Below, in pieces: positions 27,930 through 37,263 of a DNA stretch of 64,000 nt. The notes below the pieces were generated by a model. The model did no database searches. It was not told the DNA's origin and saw nothing but the letters and a program-made list of their open reading frames with translations. The DNA is from an uncultured Gemmatimonadales bacterium (GTDB lineage: Bacteria; Gemmatimonadota; Gemmatimonadetes; Gemmatimonadales; GWC2-71-9): assembly GCA_963846435.1 (NCBI GenBank), contig CAWJVX010000007.1, positions 393,325 through 457,324 of the forward strand. The letters run 5' to 3'. The translations under genes and the position numbers were made by a program. Position 1 is the stretch's first letter. The number at the start of each line of letters is the position of its first letter.

Positions 27930-28340
27930 TCAGTCCCCCAGCTGGCAGGTGTCGGTCCGGCAAATCACCACCACCGCTACGAGCGGGATTCCCACCACCA
28001 GCCCCATGGTCTTCCAGAACCCCGCAGTCGGGTTGCCCAATCGGACCGAGTCAACCAGGCCGCGGGGTACGGCAACGCGACAGCTGTCGCACGCAGGTGG
28101 GCGGGTGAATGGCACGCCGCTGATGGAGTCGGGCGTTACCACCAGGGCGTGCCAGCGGAGGGGGCGACCCTGGGTCCACACCTGGGCCTGTTGCCGGCGG
28201 GGCAGGGGGCCGTCCACCACCTGCCGAGTACGCCATCCGGCGCCGCAGGCCAGCTGGAGCACTCCCAAGGCGAAGACCCAGGGGCCACGCACCACTTCGA
28301 CCACCCTTCCTAACCGCAGAACACCTGCCTGGGCCGCCAC
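27930..28340 (-). CDS. hypothetical protein with hydrophobic N- and C-terminal segments
   Basis: Only protein-like ORF in the 520-nt gap. N-terminal WVFALGVLQLACG (lipobox-like), C-terminal TM MGLVVGIPLVAVVVIC. Start uncertain. Confidence 0.3.
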   Translation of the reverse strand: MAAQAGVLRLGRVVEVVRGPWVFALGVLQLACGAGWRTRQVVDGPLPRRQQAQVWTQGRPLRWHALVVTPDSISGVPFTRPPACDSCRVAVPRGLVDSVRLGNPTAGFWKTMGLVVGIPLVAVVVICRTDTCQLGD

Positions 28341-28389
28341 TCGGCCCTGAACCCTCCGTACACCGAGTCTCCGCTGCTGAAGCGGACCG

Positions 28390-28908
28390 TCAGCTGTGCT
28401 CTGAGGCTTGCACCACGCGGGTGAGAGTCACGATCTGGCCGGCATGCCGGGCCGAGTGTTCGGCGGCGTGGAAGATGAGTCCCAGCGTCGTCGAAGGCAG
28501 TCGCTTGCGTCCGACTTCTCGCGGCAGCAGGAGACTGTCGGGGGGCAGGCTTCGCAGATAATCAATTGCGCCCTCCACTCCGGCCGCGAATCTCGCCAGC
28601 AAACGGGCCAGCTCGGGCCGGTCATCGTGGACAGTCCGCTCGGCAGCGAGCGCCGCCAGCTGATCGGGGGACAGACTCTCGGACCGCGAGTATGTCAGCA
28701 GCCGATCGAGACTACCCGGAAGGTGAGCCAGATGGAAACCAATCGAAGCGGCGCCACCCGGCCGGGCCCAGAGTTGGGATGGCGTGAGCTGCTGAACGAT
28801 AGGCAGGACGTCCTCCCCGACCTGGAGCAGGGTGTGGGCCGCGGGCTGCAGCAGGGGCTGAATGCCGGGGATAGGCCCGCGGAGCCAGACTTCGGGAGGC
28901 AAGGTCAT
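28390..28908 (-). CDS. DinB-family protein
   Basis: 172 aa. HLAHLPGSLDRLL and FHAAEHSARHAGQIVTL histidine motifs. Confidence 0.7.
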   Translation of the reverse strand: MTLPPEVWLRGPIPGIQPLLQPAAHTLLQVGEDVLPIVQQLTPSQLWARPGGAASIGFHLAHLPGSLDRLLTYSRSESLSPDQLAALAAERTVHDDRPELARLLARFAAGVEGAIDYLRSLPPDSLLLPREVGRKRLPSTTLGLIFHAAEHSARHAGQIVTLTRVVQASEHS

Positions 28909-28926
28909 CGGGGGAACCTAGTAAGC

Positions 28927-29481
28927 CTAGCCGGACCCACCCAAGGCCCGGCCCAAGAGCATCACTCCGATCGCGCCGGGGAGATGGAACGCCACCGCGG
29001 CAGGGACGAGAGCCCACCGGGCCCGATGGCTGAGCCACTGCTCGGTTGCGGCGCGCCGGAGGACCAGCACTGAGAGCGGCAGGTTGAGGCCTACGGCGGT
29101 GACCACCCCAGGCGCGTAGCCACCACAGAGCACCAGAGCTGCCGTTACATGCCAGGCCACGTTGAGCAGGAGAGTGGCCCACATTGCCAACACCAGCCAC
29201 AGCGCGATGCGGCTACCCGGCCTGGCAATGGCCCAGAGGCTGAAGCCGAGCGGGATAATGGTGGCCAACACCAGGGCCGCTGCCATTTGCTGTGAACTCA
29301 CCGGTCCGATCCAGTCTCTGGCATCGGCGGGCAGCACGTCGAGGACTCGGGGGACGTACCGCGGGAAGAAGACGCCTTCCTCGAGGTTGTGGAGGGCCAG
29401 CACGAGTGGCAGCAGCCAGATCGCCCAGCGCCGGGTCAATGATCGGCGCGGAACCCCTTGACCGCGGCCCTTCCCATCCAA
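28927..29481 (-). CDS. HXXEE-domain membrane protein
   Basis: LALHNLEEGVFFP contains the HxxEE motif. Multiple TM helices. 184 aa. Confidence 0.6.
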   Translation of the reverse strand: MDGKGRGQGVPRRSLTRRWAIWLLPLVLALHNLEEGVFFPRYVPRVLDVLPADARDWIGPVSSQQMAAALVLATIIPLGFSLWAIARPGSRIALWLVLAMWATLLLNVAWHVTAALVLCGGYAPGVVTAVGLNLPLSVLVLRRAATEQWLSHRARWALVPAAVAFHLPGAIGVMLLGRALGGSG

Positions 29482-29614
29482 ACGAACAGCGCCAGCACGA
29501 CGAGCTATGTCACCAGAAATGGAGGCTCCTTCTGGATGTGAACGTCGGGATATCGAAGATCATGGGCGCATCCTTCGGAAGGGGCCGAGCCTGGTTTCGA
29601 CCGTCCGACAAGAC

Positions 29615-31795
29615 TTACTGATTCGTGCCGAAGCCTATCTCGGTTCCGACGTAGATCACCCGGCGGGGCGCGGGCTCGAACACCCGGCCCCCGACCCCGT
29701 TCAGGGTAACCGACCCCACATATCTCCGATCCCAGAGGTTGTTCACCCCGAGGAACGGCGCAAACTCCACCTGACCGGTTTGGCCGTCCCACCCCAGCCG
29801 CAGATTGGTGAGCCCGGCACCCCAGGCATCCACGTAGGTGGTGTTGGCGTCATCCGCCACCACCGACGAGCTGATGGTCTGGTCGGCGTCGAGAAAGAAA
29901 TCACCGGGCAGCGAGGTACGGAGGCCGAAGCGCCAGAAATGCTCCGGCACTCCCGGAAGCCGGTTGCCGTCCAGCACCGTGCCATCGGCCAACCGATAGT
30001 CGGTGAACCGATACCGCGCGTAGGTGTAGGAGCCCCTCAAGGTGACGCCGGCTGCCGGCGAGACGCTGAGTCCAACCTCGGCGCCGTCGTTGTGGGTCTT
30101 TCCCGCGTTCCGGAAGAAGGCCCGTCCGCCCACCTCGGGACCCTGGACTATGGCATCCGATACGCGGCCCAGGAAAAGAGCGACTGAGTAGCTGACCCGG
30201 GGCACCGGCTGTCCCCGGGCGCCGATCTCGTAGTTCACCGCGCGCTGCGGCCCGAGATCTGGGTTGAAGCCACCGGAGCCATCGGGTTGGTTGACCAGCT
30301 CCGTGGTCGTCGGGGTCTCGAAGGCGGTCGCGACATTGACGTAGGGTACGAATTGGTCGCCGAACGACAGGCTCAAGCCCAGGTTGCCGCTGACGGCCGA
30401 CATGGTACGGTTGTCACTGTCGTCGCCATCGGAGATGAACCGGTCGTCGAGGTCGAACCGGACCCAGTCGTAGCGAACACCTCCGCTGACCAGCCACCGC
30501 TCATCGGGGTTCCACTGGAGCTGGGCGAACGGACCGAACTCGGTCACCTGTTCCCGCTGATCGAGGATGACGGCGGTCGTCGGCTGGCCCGCGTTGGAGA
30601 CAAAGTTTTCCCGGTCGTCCCGCATCCGCTGGAGATCGACCCCGGCCGTGAGCTCGGGGGCCTGTTCCTGCGAGCCCAGGCGGCGGTTGGCGCTGGCTCT
30701 TGCGCCACCGACCGCACGATCGATGGCCACGTAAGTGCCGGACGTCGGCGTGATCCCGGTCGGGGGCGGAGCGGCAAGCGGGTTGGCCAGATCGCGCAGC
30801 AGCCCGAAAACCGTGGCCTCGTACTCGTTCCCGGCAACATCGAAGTGGCGAACTCTGAGGGCCAGCTGGTGCTGCTGGGCATCCTTGTCCGCCCCCCGGC
30901 GAATGTTATTGGCCGCGGCCGAATCGCGGTTGGCCTGGTATTCGGCGAGGGTGAGGGCCCCGGGATTCTGGCCTCGGGGGTTGTCGGCCAGGCTCAGCCG
31001 CAGCGTGGCCAGGGTCGCTCCCGAGACGGCATAGTCCATGGCGGCGTTGAGCTGGCGGAACTCGGCGGCGCTATGCTGGCGGAATCCGTCGGTCTTGAAC
31101 TGGGAGACGGACAGTGTACCACTCACATTCCCGGAACGACCCGACGTCCAGCTCTGCCACTTGTAGAAGTCGTCTTTGTCCCGCTCTCCGGTTCCACCCT
31201 GCACCCGCACCCGCTGGGCAAACGGCCCGGACGCGGCCGGCTCGCTGGACAAGGCGACCACTCCACCGGACGCGTTTCCGTACAGGGACGAGCTTGCGCC
31301 ACGCAGGACCTCGGCCCGAGCGATATTGGCGAAATCAATATTGGTGAGCTGGCTCTGCCCGTCGGGTAGGGTCTGGGGGACGCCATCGAGCAGGACCTTG
31401 AGACCGCGCACCCCAAAGTTGGAGCGGCTACCCGCGCCGCGAATGGAGATCCGCTGGTCGAGCGAGAAGTTGTATCGGTTGGCGACAACCACGCCCGGTA
31501 GATTGTTCAGCGCCTCATCCAGACCGATTGTCTGTTGACCCTGCTGGATCTCCGTGCGATCGACCACGCCGACCGCATAGGGCACTCTCTGGAGCGGCTC
31601 GCGGGTCCGGGTAACGTTGATTTCCGGGAGCTGGCGAACTCGGGTCGTGTCCAGCCCGATGGTATCCGGCCGGACCGGCTCCTGGGCCCACACTGCCGGC
31701 GCCGAAACCAGGCTCAGCAGCCCAAGGCCCGCCGAACTAAACAAAGCGACGCGTTTGAGGCTCCAGTGGTGGCGCAGCTCACTCCGTCCGTGCAT
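29615..31795 (-). CDS. TonB-dependent outer-membrane receptor
   Basis: Signal peptide, plug-domain motifs (LDEALNNLPGVVV, ISIRGAGS, VLLDGVP), long beta-barrel with alternating pattern. 726 aa. Confidence 0.9.
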   Translation of the reverse strand: MHGRSELRHHWSLKRVALFSSAGLGLLSLVSAPAVWAQEPVRPDTIGLDTTRVRQLPEINVTRTREPLQRVPYAVGVVDRTEIQQGQQTIGLDEALNNLPGVVVANRYNFSLDQRISIRGAGSRSNFGVRGLKVLLDGVPQTLPDGQSQLTNIDFANIARAEVLRGASSSLYGNASGGVVALSSEPAASGPFAQRVRVQGGTGERDKDDFYKWQSWTSGRSGNVSGTLSVSQFKTDGFRQHSAAEFRQLNAAMDYAVSGATLATLRLSLADNPRGQNPGALTLAEYQANRDSAAANNIRRGADKDAQQHQLALRVRHFDVAGNEYEATVFGLLRDLANPLAAPPPTGITPTSGTYVAIDRAVGGARASANRRLGSQEQAPELTAGVDLQRMRDDRENFVSNAGQPTTAVILDQREQVTEFGPFAQLQWNPDERWLVSGGVRYDWVRFDLDDRFISDGDDSDNRTMSAVSGNLGLSLSFGDQFVPYVNVATAFETPTTTELVNQPDGSGGFNPDLGPQRAVNYEIGARGQPVPRVSYSVALFLGRVSDAIVQGPEVGGRAFFRNAGKTHNDGAEVGLSVSPAAGVTLRGSYTYARYRFTDYRLADGTVLDGNRLPGVPEHFWRFGLRTSLPGDFFLDADQTISSSVVADDANTTYVDAWGAGLTNLRLGWDGQTGQVEFAPFLGVNNLWDRRYVGSVTLNGVGGRVFEPAPRRVIYVGTEIGFGTNQ

Positions 31796-31889
31796 GGCTA
31801 TCTCCTGGTTGCGACAAACTTAATCCTCCCGGGACCGGGGGCTATGGCGCTTGAATCCCCCCTGACCCACCCCTAGCTTCCTCCCCCAA

Positions 31890-32981
31890 ATGGACTCCCC
31901 CAAAGACACGTTGCCCGATTTCAGCCGCGCCCCCTTTGCCGGAGCGCCCGAGGCTCGCTTTGCCCCGCTCCCGGCGGATGGCGTGCTGCCTGAAGGGTTC
32001 TTTTCGACCTCGAACCTGCCCACCTACATCAATGTCGGCGGGCAATGGCTCGCGCCGATTCGCCCCCGGATGGACTGTGTCGTGGTCAAGCGCTCCGGAT
32101 TCCTCGAGACCATCGAGCCCCGGCGGCTGAAGCGCGGCGACATGATCGCCATGGGCGAGGCCGAGGATGGAACCGAGGGCATCGTGGTGCACGCCCAGGG
32201 CTTCCTCGGCAGCGTGCACGGGGCCAACGAATTCCGCTTCATGTCTACCGAAGTCAGCCGCGAGCGCCCAGTCAACTATGATGAGCTGGCCGCACGGCTG
32301 GGTGAGGACAAGCAAAGGGGAGGGTATCTGGTCTGGGTGGCGGGGCCGGCGCTGGTACACTCCCGGGCGCGGGCCGACTTCGAGTGGTTTATCCGGAACG
32401 GATACGTGCAGGCGGTGCTTGCCGGTAACGCGGTGGCCGTACACGACATAGAGGCCGCCATCTTCGGTACTACATTAGGCATGAGCAACACCGGCCAGCC
32501 CACCCAGGGTGGACACGGCCTGCACATGCGGGCGATCAATCGGGTGCGGGCTGCCGGCTCGATCGAACGTGCGGTCGAGACCGGCCTGATCAAAAGCGGG
32601 ATCATGCACGCGTTGGTCACCAGCCGAATCCCCTACGTGCTTGCCGGCTCGATCCGGGATGACGGTCCCCTTCCGGGCGTGTACAGCGATGCGCTGGAGG
32701 CGCAGGACGCCATGCGCGAACACACGGTCAAGGCCACCGGCGCCATCTTTATCGCCACCGCTCTCCACGCCATCGCGGTAGGAAACATGCTGCCGGCCTT
32801 CTACCTGTGCGACGGCGCTCCGGCGCCTCTGATGACCATCTGCGTCGACCAAACCGAGTTCGTGGTCAACAAGCTCAAGGACCGGGGTACTCACCAGGCC
32901 TACGGCGTGGTGACCAACGCCCAGGATTTCATGCACGTGCTGCGGATCTACACCGAGCGGTGGGAGCAGGGTTCGGCATGA
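31890..32981 (+). CDS. TIGR00300 / ArgZ-ArgE-like (LOR/SDH-like) family protein
   Basis: Motifs VAGPALVHS, GYVQAVLAGNAVAVHDIE, FGTTLGM, GGHGLHMRAIN, LAGSIRDDGPLPGV, GNMLPA and KLKDRGT match my recollection of that family. No search was run. Confidence 0.45.
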   Translation: MDSPKDTLPDFSRAPFAGAPEARFAPLPADGVLPEGFFSTSNLPTYINVGGQWLAPIRPRMDCVVVKRSGFLETIEPRRLKRGDMIAMGEAEDGTEGIVVHAQGFLGSVHGANEFRFMSTEVSRERPVNYDELAARLGEDKQRGGYLVWVAGPALVHSRARADFEWFIRNGYVQAVLAGNAVAVHDIEAAIFGTTLGMSNTGQPTQGGHGLHMRAINRVRAAGSIERAVETGLIKSGIMHALVTSRIPYVLAGSIRDDGPLPGVYSDALEAQDAMREHTVKATGAIFIATALHAIAVGNMLPAFYLCDGAPAPLMTICVDQTEFVVNKLKDRGTHQAYGVVTNAQDFMHVLRIYTERWEQGSA

Positions 32982-33382
32982 GCGAACTCCGCGGAGCGGC
33001 GCTGCCGGGCCTGGGCTGGGAGCGCCTAGCTCAGGCTGTGGCTGACATCCTGCCGCCCACTGAGGTGGATGGAGTGTGGGCTTTCAGTCCGGTGCGGCGT
33101 GAGACCAAGGAATGGGGCACCGCGGTGCTCTCCCGGGTTGAGGGCAACCGGCGGCGGATCTACACCGCGCGATACGTCCTTGCCATCAAGGGCAAGGAGC
33201 GGGGGAAGTTCGAAGCGTCGGTGCAGGAGGTGGGAAGCGGGCCGCTCGACGCCTTCAACCGGCTGGTCCAGGAGGCGCAGCGCCGCATCGATGACGAGCA
33301 TCCGCCCATCTCGGTTCCCCCGGAGTCGTGGTTCCTCTCCGTCCTTCGCGGGGATGTCAGGTCCGATGGCCAGCCTCGATAA
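32978..33382 (+). CDS. hypothetical protein (134 aa)
   Basis: ATG overlaps the stop of the upstream gene (ATGA). Balanced composition. Confidence 0.45.
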   Translation: MSELRGAALPGLGWERLAQAVADILPPTEVDGVWAFSPVRRETKEWGTAVLSRVEGNRRRIYTARYVLAIKGKERGKFEASVQEVGSGPLDAFNRLVQEAQRRIDDEHPPISVPPESWFLSVLRGDVRSDGQPR

Positions 33383-33836
33383 GGCAGAAGCCGCGGCCCA
33401 TTCCGAACGCTTTCGCCGTCATCTTCGGGAACATCACCAGCCGGTCACGCGCCAGCGCGATCTTGTGGCCCAGGTTGTCTTCCTGGCGGCGGAGCATCTG
33501 TCCGTCGATGCCATCCGCCGGGAGCTGAAGCAGCGGGGAGAGCGGGTGGGCACCGCCACCGTCTACCGCACCCTGGATCTCCTGGTCGAGAGCGGTCTGG
33601 TGCGGGCCCACGACTTCGGTGAGGGGTTCAAGCGGTACGAGCCAATGGCGGGGCAGGCGGACCACGAACACCTGATCTGCCAGCGGTGCGGCCGGGTGGT
33701 GGAGTTCGCCAACGAGCGGCTGGAGCGGATGCTGCCGATTCTGGCCGACGAGCACGGCTTTCAGCATCAGCGCCATCGGCTGGAGATTTACGGGGTGTGC
33801 CGCGAGTGCCGCCAGCAGGAGCTGGGGCCGTTATGA
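33366..33836 (+). CDS. fur: Fur-family transcriptional regulator
   Basis: Winged-helix part TVYRTLDLLVESGLV, metal sites HEHLICQRCGRV.EF and CRECR. Alternative ATG at 33354. Start lies inside the 3' end of the previous ORF. Confidence 0.85.
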   Translation: MASLDKAEAAAHSERFRRHLREHHQPVTRQRDLVAQVVFLAAEHLSVDAIRRELKQRGERVGTATVYRTLDLLVESGLVRAHDFGEGFKRYEPMAGQADHEHLICQRCGRVVEFANERLERMLPILADEHGFQHQRHRLEIYGVCRECRQQELGPL

Positions 33837-34561
33837 ACGAGCCCGCCACCCTGGGATTCGTGGTGGCCTTCGTCGCCGGGCTGCTGAGCTTTCTGTCGCC
33901 CTGCGTTCTGCCGCTGGTGCCCTCCTACGTGGGCTTCATTACCGGGATGACCCTGCCCGAGGTCGCGGGGCGGCGCCGGGCCGTGCTTATTCACGCGCTG
34001 CTCTTCGTTGCTGGCTTCTCGTTGGTCTTCGTTCTGCTGGGCGCCAGCGCCACCGCGCTGGGACGCGCGCTCAACTACTACCAGGTCTGGCTCCAGCGCG
34101 TGGGCGGTGTGCTGATCATCCTGTTCGGGCTGCTCTGCCTCGGCGTGTTCAAGATCGGATTGCTTACCCAGGAGCGCAGGCTGCACCTGGAACGCAAGCC
34201 GGTCGGGTATCTGGGGTCCGCTCTCGTTGGGATGGCGTTCGCCGCGGGATGGACTCCGTGCATCGGCCCGGTGCTCGGTGCAATTCTCGGGCTGGCGGCC
34301 ACCTCGAACGACGTCACCCGAGGCATGCAGCTGCTGGCGGTCTACTCGGCCGGCCTCGCGCTGCCGTTCCTGATTGCGGCCGTGGCCGTCGAGTCGTTTC
34401 TCGACTGGTTTCAGCGGTTCCGGCGTTTCTTGCCGTGGGTCATGCGGGTCAGTGGAGTCATGCTCATCGTGGTGGGTGTGCTACTGGTCACCGGTGAGTT
34501 CACCCGGCTGGCAGGGTGGCTGCAGGGGCTGACGCCGGATTTCCTTCGAGAGAAGCTGTAG
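33833..34561 (+). CDS. ccdA: cytochrome c biogenesis protein CcdA (thiol-disulfide membrane reductant transporter)
   Basis: FLSPCVLPLVPSY and second-half GWTPCIGP cysteine motifs, 6 TM. ATGA overlap with the fur stop. Confidence 0.85.
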   Translation: MNEPATLGFVVAFVAGLLSFLSPCVLPLVPSYVGFITGMTLPEVAGRRRAVLIHALLFVAGFSLVFVLLGASATALGRALNYYQVWLQRVGGVLIILFGLLCLGVFKIGLLTQERRLHLERKPVGYLGSALVGMAFAAGWTPCIGPVLGAILGLAATSNDVTRGMQLLAVYSAGLALPFLIAAVAVESFLDWFQRFRRFLPWVMRVSGVMLIVVGVLLVTGEFTRLAGWLQGLTPDFLREKL

Positions 34562-34631
34562 GGCTTTCCGTCTTCCAGCTCCTCCTCCATCTGCTGCCGG
34601 CGCAGCAGCTCCCAGTAGCGTCCTCCAGCAG

Positions 34632-36311
34632 TCAGCAGTCGGGATGGGTGCCCTGTTCCACGATCCGGCCCCCGTCGAGCACCAGAATCCAGTCGGCATC
34701 GCGCACGGCGGCCAGCCGGTGTGACACGATGATGCTGGTGCGCCCCACCAGCGCATCTCGCAGGCCCGCGAGGATCCGGGCCTCGGTGTGTGCGTCCACC
34801 GCGCTCAGCGCATCGTCCAGCACGAACACTGGTGGATCCTGGGCCAGGGCTCGTGCGATCGCGGCTCGCTGCTTCTGGCCGCCGGAGAGGTTGATCCCCC
34901 GCTCGCCCAGCATCGTATCGTATCCATCGGGCAGGGCCGGGAGCGCCTCGGTGAGTTGCGAGATCTCTGCGACCCGCTCGAGCCGGCCATCGTCGGGGGC
35001 GCCCAGCAGGATGTTTCGCCGCAGAGTCTCGCCGAACAGAAATGTCTCCTGGGGTACGAACCCCACGGCGCGCCTGAGATCGCCGAGCGAAAGCTGGCGC
35101 AGGTCCACGCCATCGATGAGCACGGCACCGCGGTCCGGGTCGTAGGTCCGGACGATAAGATCCACCAGCGTGGACTTCCCCGAGCCGGTGGCCCCGACGA
35201 TGGCGAGCGACGATCCGGGCTCGACTCGAAACGAGATGTCCTGCAATACCCAGCCACGCTCCCGGGCTCCCGGGTAGCTGAACCACACCTCCCGAAACTC
35301 GACCGCCCTGGAGCTCTTGGCCGGAGGCAGCGCCGTGGGCGCCGCGGGACTGTTGATCGCCGGGCGTTCGCGGAACAACTCGTTGATCCGGCCCATGGAT
35401 GCCGCACCGCGCTGCACCAGGTTGAAGGCCCATCCCAGCGCGATCATCGGCCACACCAGCATCGCCAGGTACACACCAAAAGCCACGAACTGTCCCACGG
35501 AAACGTTTCCGCTCATTACCAGCCTGCCACCCGCGTACAGAATGACCAGGCCGCTGAGCCCGCCGAGCAGGGTAAGCAGCGGAAAGAAGGCGCCTTGCAC
35601 TCGTGCCAGCCCCAGGTTGCGGACCAGATAGGTGTCGTTCAGAGCGCGGAAGTGCCCGATCTCCGCCCGCTCCTGACGATAGGAGCGCACGACGCGGACC
35701 CCGGACAGGTTCTCGTGCGCGTGGCTGGTGAGCTCACTGAATTGAGCCTGAATCTCCTGCGAGCGGTGGTGGATGATCCGACCCAGGGATATCATCGCGA
35801 TCGGCAGGCCCAGCAGCGGCACCAGGGCCAACAACGTCAACCGGGGGCTGATGGCTACCATCGCCGGCGCCACCAGGAGGGCGCGTATCGTGGTATCCAC
35901 TAGGTACATGAGGGCCGGACCGGCTACCATTCGGACAGCCAGGAGATCGTTGGTTGTGCGGGCCATCACATCGCCGGTTGGGTACCGGTCGTAGAATTCG
36001 GCCGACATTCGCTGAAGGTGGTCGTACAGCTGGTCTCGCAGGTCGGTCTCAACGCGGCGGCTACCGCTGTTGAGCAGTTCTCGCATTCCGTAGCGGGCAA
36101 CCCCGCTGGCCAGGGCGACGAGAAGCAGCAGCAGCACGGCGACCTTTACTTCGTGGAATCCGCCGCCAATGCGGAGAGCGTCGATCCCTTGTTGCAGGAA
36201 TCGAGGCCCGAGGGTCGCGAAGAAATTGGAGATTACGACCAGCGCCAGGCCGACCAGAAAGGCGCGCCGATAGGGCCTGAGGTAAGGAAGAAGAGATCGA
36301 AGCTCGTGCAT
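34632..36311 (-). CDS. ABC exporter, fused permease/ATPase (MsbA-like); C-terminal about 20 conserved residues appear shifted into another frame
   Basis: Six-TM domain then Walker A GATGSGKST, signature LSGGQKQR, Walker B FVLDDALSAVD, H-loop SHR. The ORF ends ...GTHPDC, while LLTAGGRYWELLRRQQ is encoded in an adjacent frame. Confidence 0.9.
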   Translation of the reverse strand: MHELRSLLPYLRPYRRAFLVGLALVVISNFFATLGPRFLQQGIDALRIGGGFHEVKVAVLLLLLVALASGVARYGMRELLNSGSRRVETDLRDQLYDHLQRMSAEFYDRYPTGDVMARTTNDLLAVRMVAGPALMYLVDTTIRALLVAPAMVAISPRLTLLALVPLLGLPIAMISLGRIIHHRSQEIQAQFSELTSHAHENLSGVRVVRSYRQERAEIGHFRALNDTYLVRNLGLARVQGAFFPLLTLLGGLSGLVILYAGGRLVMSGNVSVGQFVAFGVYLAMLVWPMIALGWAFNLVQRGAASMGRINELFRERPAINSPAAPTALPPAKSSRAVEFREVWFSYPGARERGWVLQDISFRVEPGSSLAIVGATGSGKSTLVDLIVRTYDPDRGAVLIDGVDLRQLSLGDLRRAVGFVPQETFLFGETLRRNILLGAPDDGRLERVAEISQLTEALPALPDGYDTMLGERGINLSGGQKQRAAIARALAQDPPVFVLDDALSAVDAHTEARILAGLRDALVGRTSIIVSHRLAAVRDADWILVLDGGRIVEQGTHPDC

Positions 36312-36373
36312 AAGGCGGGCTGAAATGTCACCGGGCGGTGGAACCCGAGCAAGTCACTCCTAAGGAGGGTTAG

Positions 36374-37174
36374 ATGTCGAGAACGATGATCGCAGCGCTT
36401 ACGTTGGTGGCCGTCGCAGCCTGTGGCGGCCGCGACAAGGGGGATACGGCCACGGCCGACAGCCTGAGTCGTGATCTACAGCTGGCCCCCATGGATACCA
36501 CGGCCGAGCTGAACGACCGTCCAACGGCCACCACACCGGCGCCCGCGCCGGCGCCACGCACCCCCGCACGGCCCAACCGGCCCACCACTCCGCCGGCGTC
36601 TACGTCGGAGCCGCGGGCGAGCACACCCGCCCCGGCACCGGCCGCAAGGGCCCTTGCCGCCGGTACCACGCTTACGGCATCCACCAATGCGGAGATTCGC
36701 TCCCACAAGAACAAGGTGGGCGATACCGTGACCGCGACCGTCGCGAGTGACATCAAGGACAATGCGGGCCGGGTCGTCATTCCAGCCGGCTCCGAGGTCG
36801 TCCTCAAGGTCACCGCTATCAAGGAGTCGGAGAACAAGAGCGACAAGACCGGGACCTTGACCCTCCAGCCCACTTCGGTGAGCATAAACGGCCGGTCCCA
36901 CCCGCTCTCCGCCACGATCGAGGGCGTCACCACTGAGCTCCAGGGGCGGGGCACCAACGCGGGTGACATCGCCAAGCCGGCGGCGGGTGCCGCGGTCGGC
37001 GCCGTGGTAGGCCGGGTGCTCGGTGGAAGCACCAAGGGCGCGATCATCGGTGGCGTGCTGGGTGGTGCGGTAGGAGCCCAGCGGGCGGTCGAGACGAAGG
37101 ACCGGGACGTGGTTCTCCCTCAGGGGACGACCGTCACGCTGTCGCTGAACGAGCGGTTTTCGCCGGCGAGCTGA
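36374..37174 (+). CDS. lipoprotein with Pro/Thr/Ala-rich linker and C-terminal glycine-zipper
   Basis: AAGGAGGG RBS. Lipobox LVAVAACGG. C-terminal GAAVGAVVGRVLGGSTKGAIIGGVLGGAVGA. Confidence 0.6.
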   Translation: MSRTMIAALTLVAVAACGGRDKGDTATADSLSRDLQLAPMDTTAELNDRPTATTPAPAPAPRTPARPNRPTTPPASTSEPRASTPAPAPAARALAAGTTLTASTNAEIRSHKNKVGDTVTATVASDIKDNAGRVVIPAGSEVVLKVTAIKESENKSDKTGTLTLQPTSVSINGRSHPLSATIEGVTTELQGRGTNAGDIAKPAAGAAVGAVVGRVLGGSTKGAIIGGVLGGAVGAQRAVETKDRDVVLPQGTTVTLSLNERFSPAS

Positions 37175-37203
37175 AGCCGAGCTCAGCGATAGAAGGTTGT
37201 CCA

Positions 37204-37263
37204 GGGTCTAGGGTCTAGGGTCCAGAGCGAATCGGCTCCGGACTCTAGACCCTCGACTTTTTT
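37204..37263 (+). terminator. hairpin terminator built from GGGTCTA heptamer copies
   Basis: GGGTCTA GGGTCTA GGGTCCA at 37204-37224. 37211-37228 pairs with 37235-37252 (18 positions, 1 mismatch, 1 G-U), loop GAATCG, T6 run at 37258-37263. Confidence 0.7.

Noticed and set aside
27949-28350. Plus-strand 133-aa ORF in the 27869-28389 gap
   Set aside because: The translation is Arg/Thr/Pro-rich with no hydrophobic core. The minus-strand ORF 27930..28340 looks more protein-like, with hydrophobic termini, and was reported at low confidence instead.
31796-31889. Fur box in the spacer between the TonB-dependent receptor and the fur-containing operon
   Set aside because: The spacer is GC-rich and I could not find anything resembling the AT-rich 19-bp GATAATGATAATCATTATC-type palindrome. 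A lineage-specific operator cannot be excluded.
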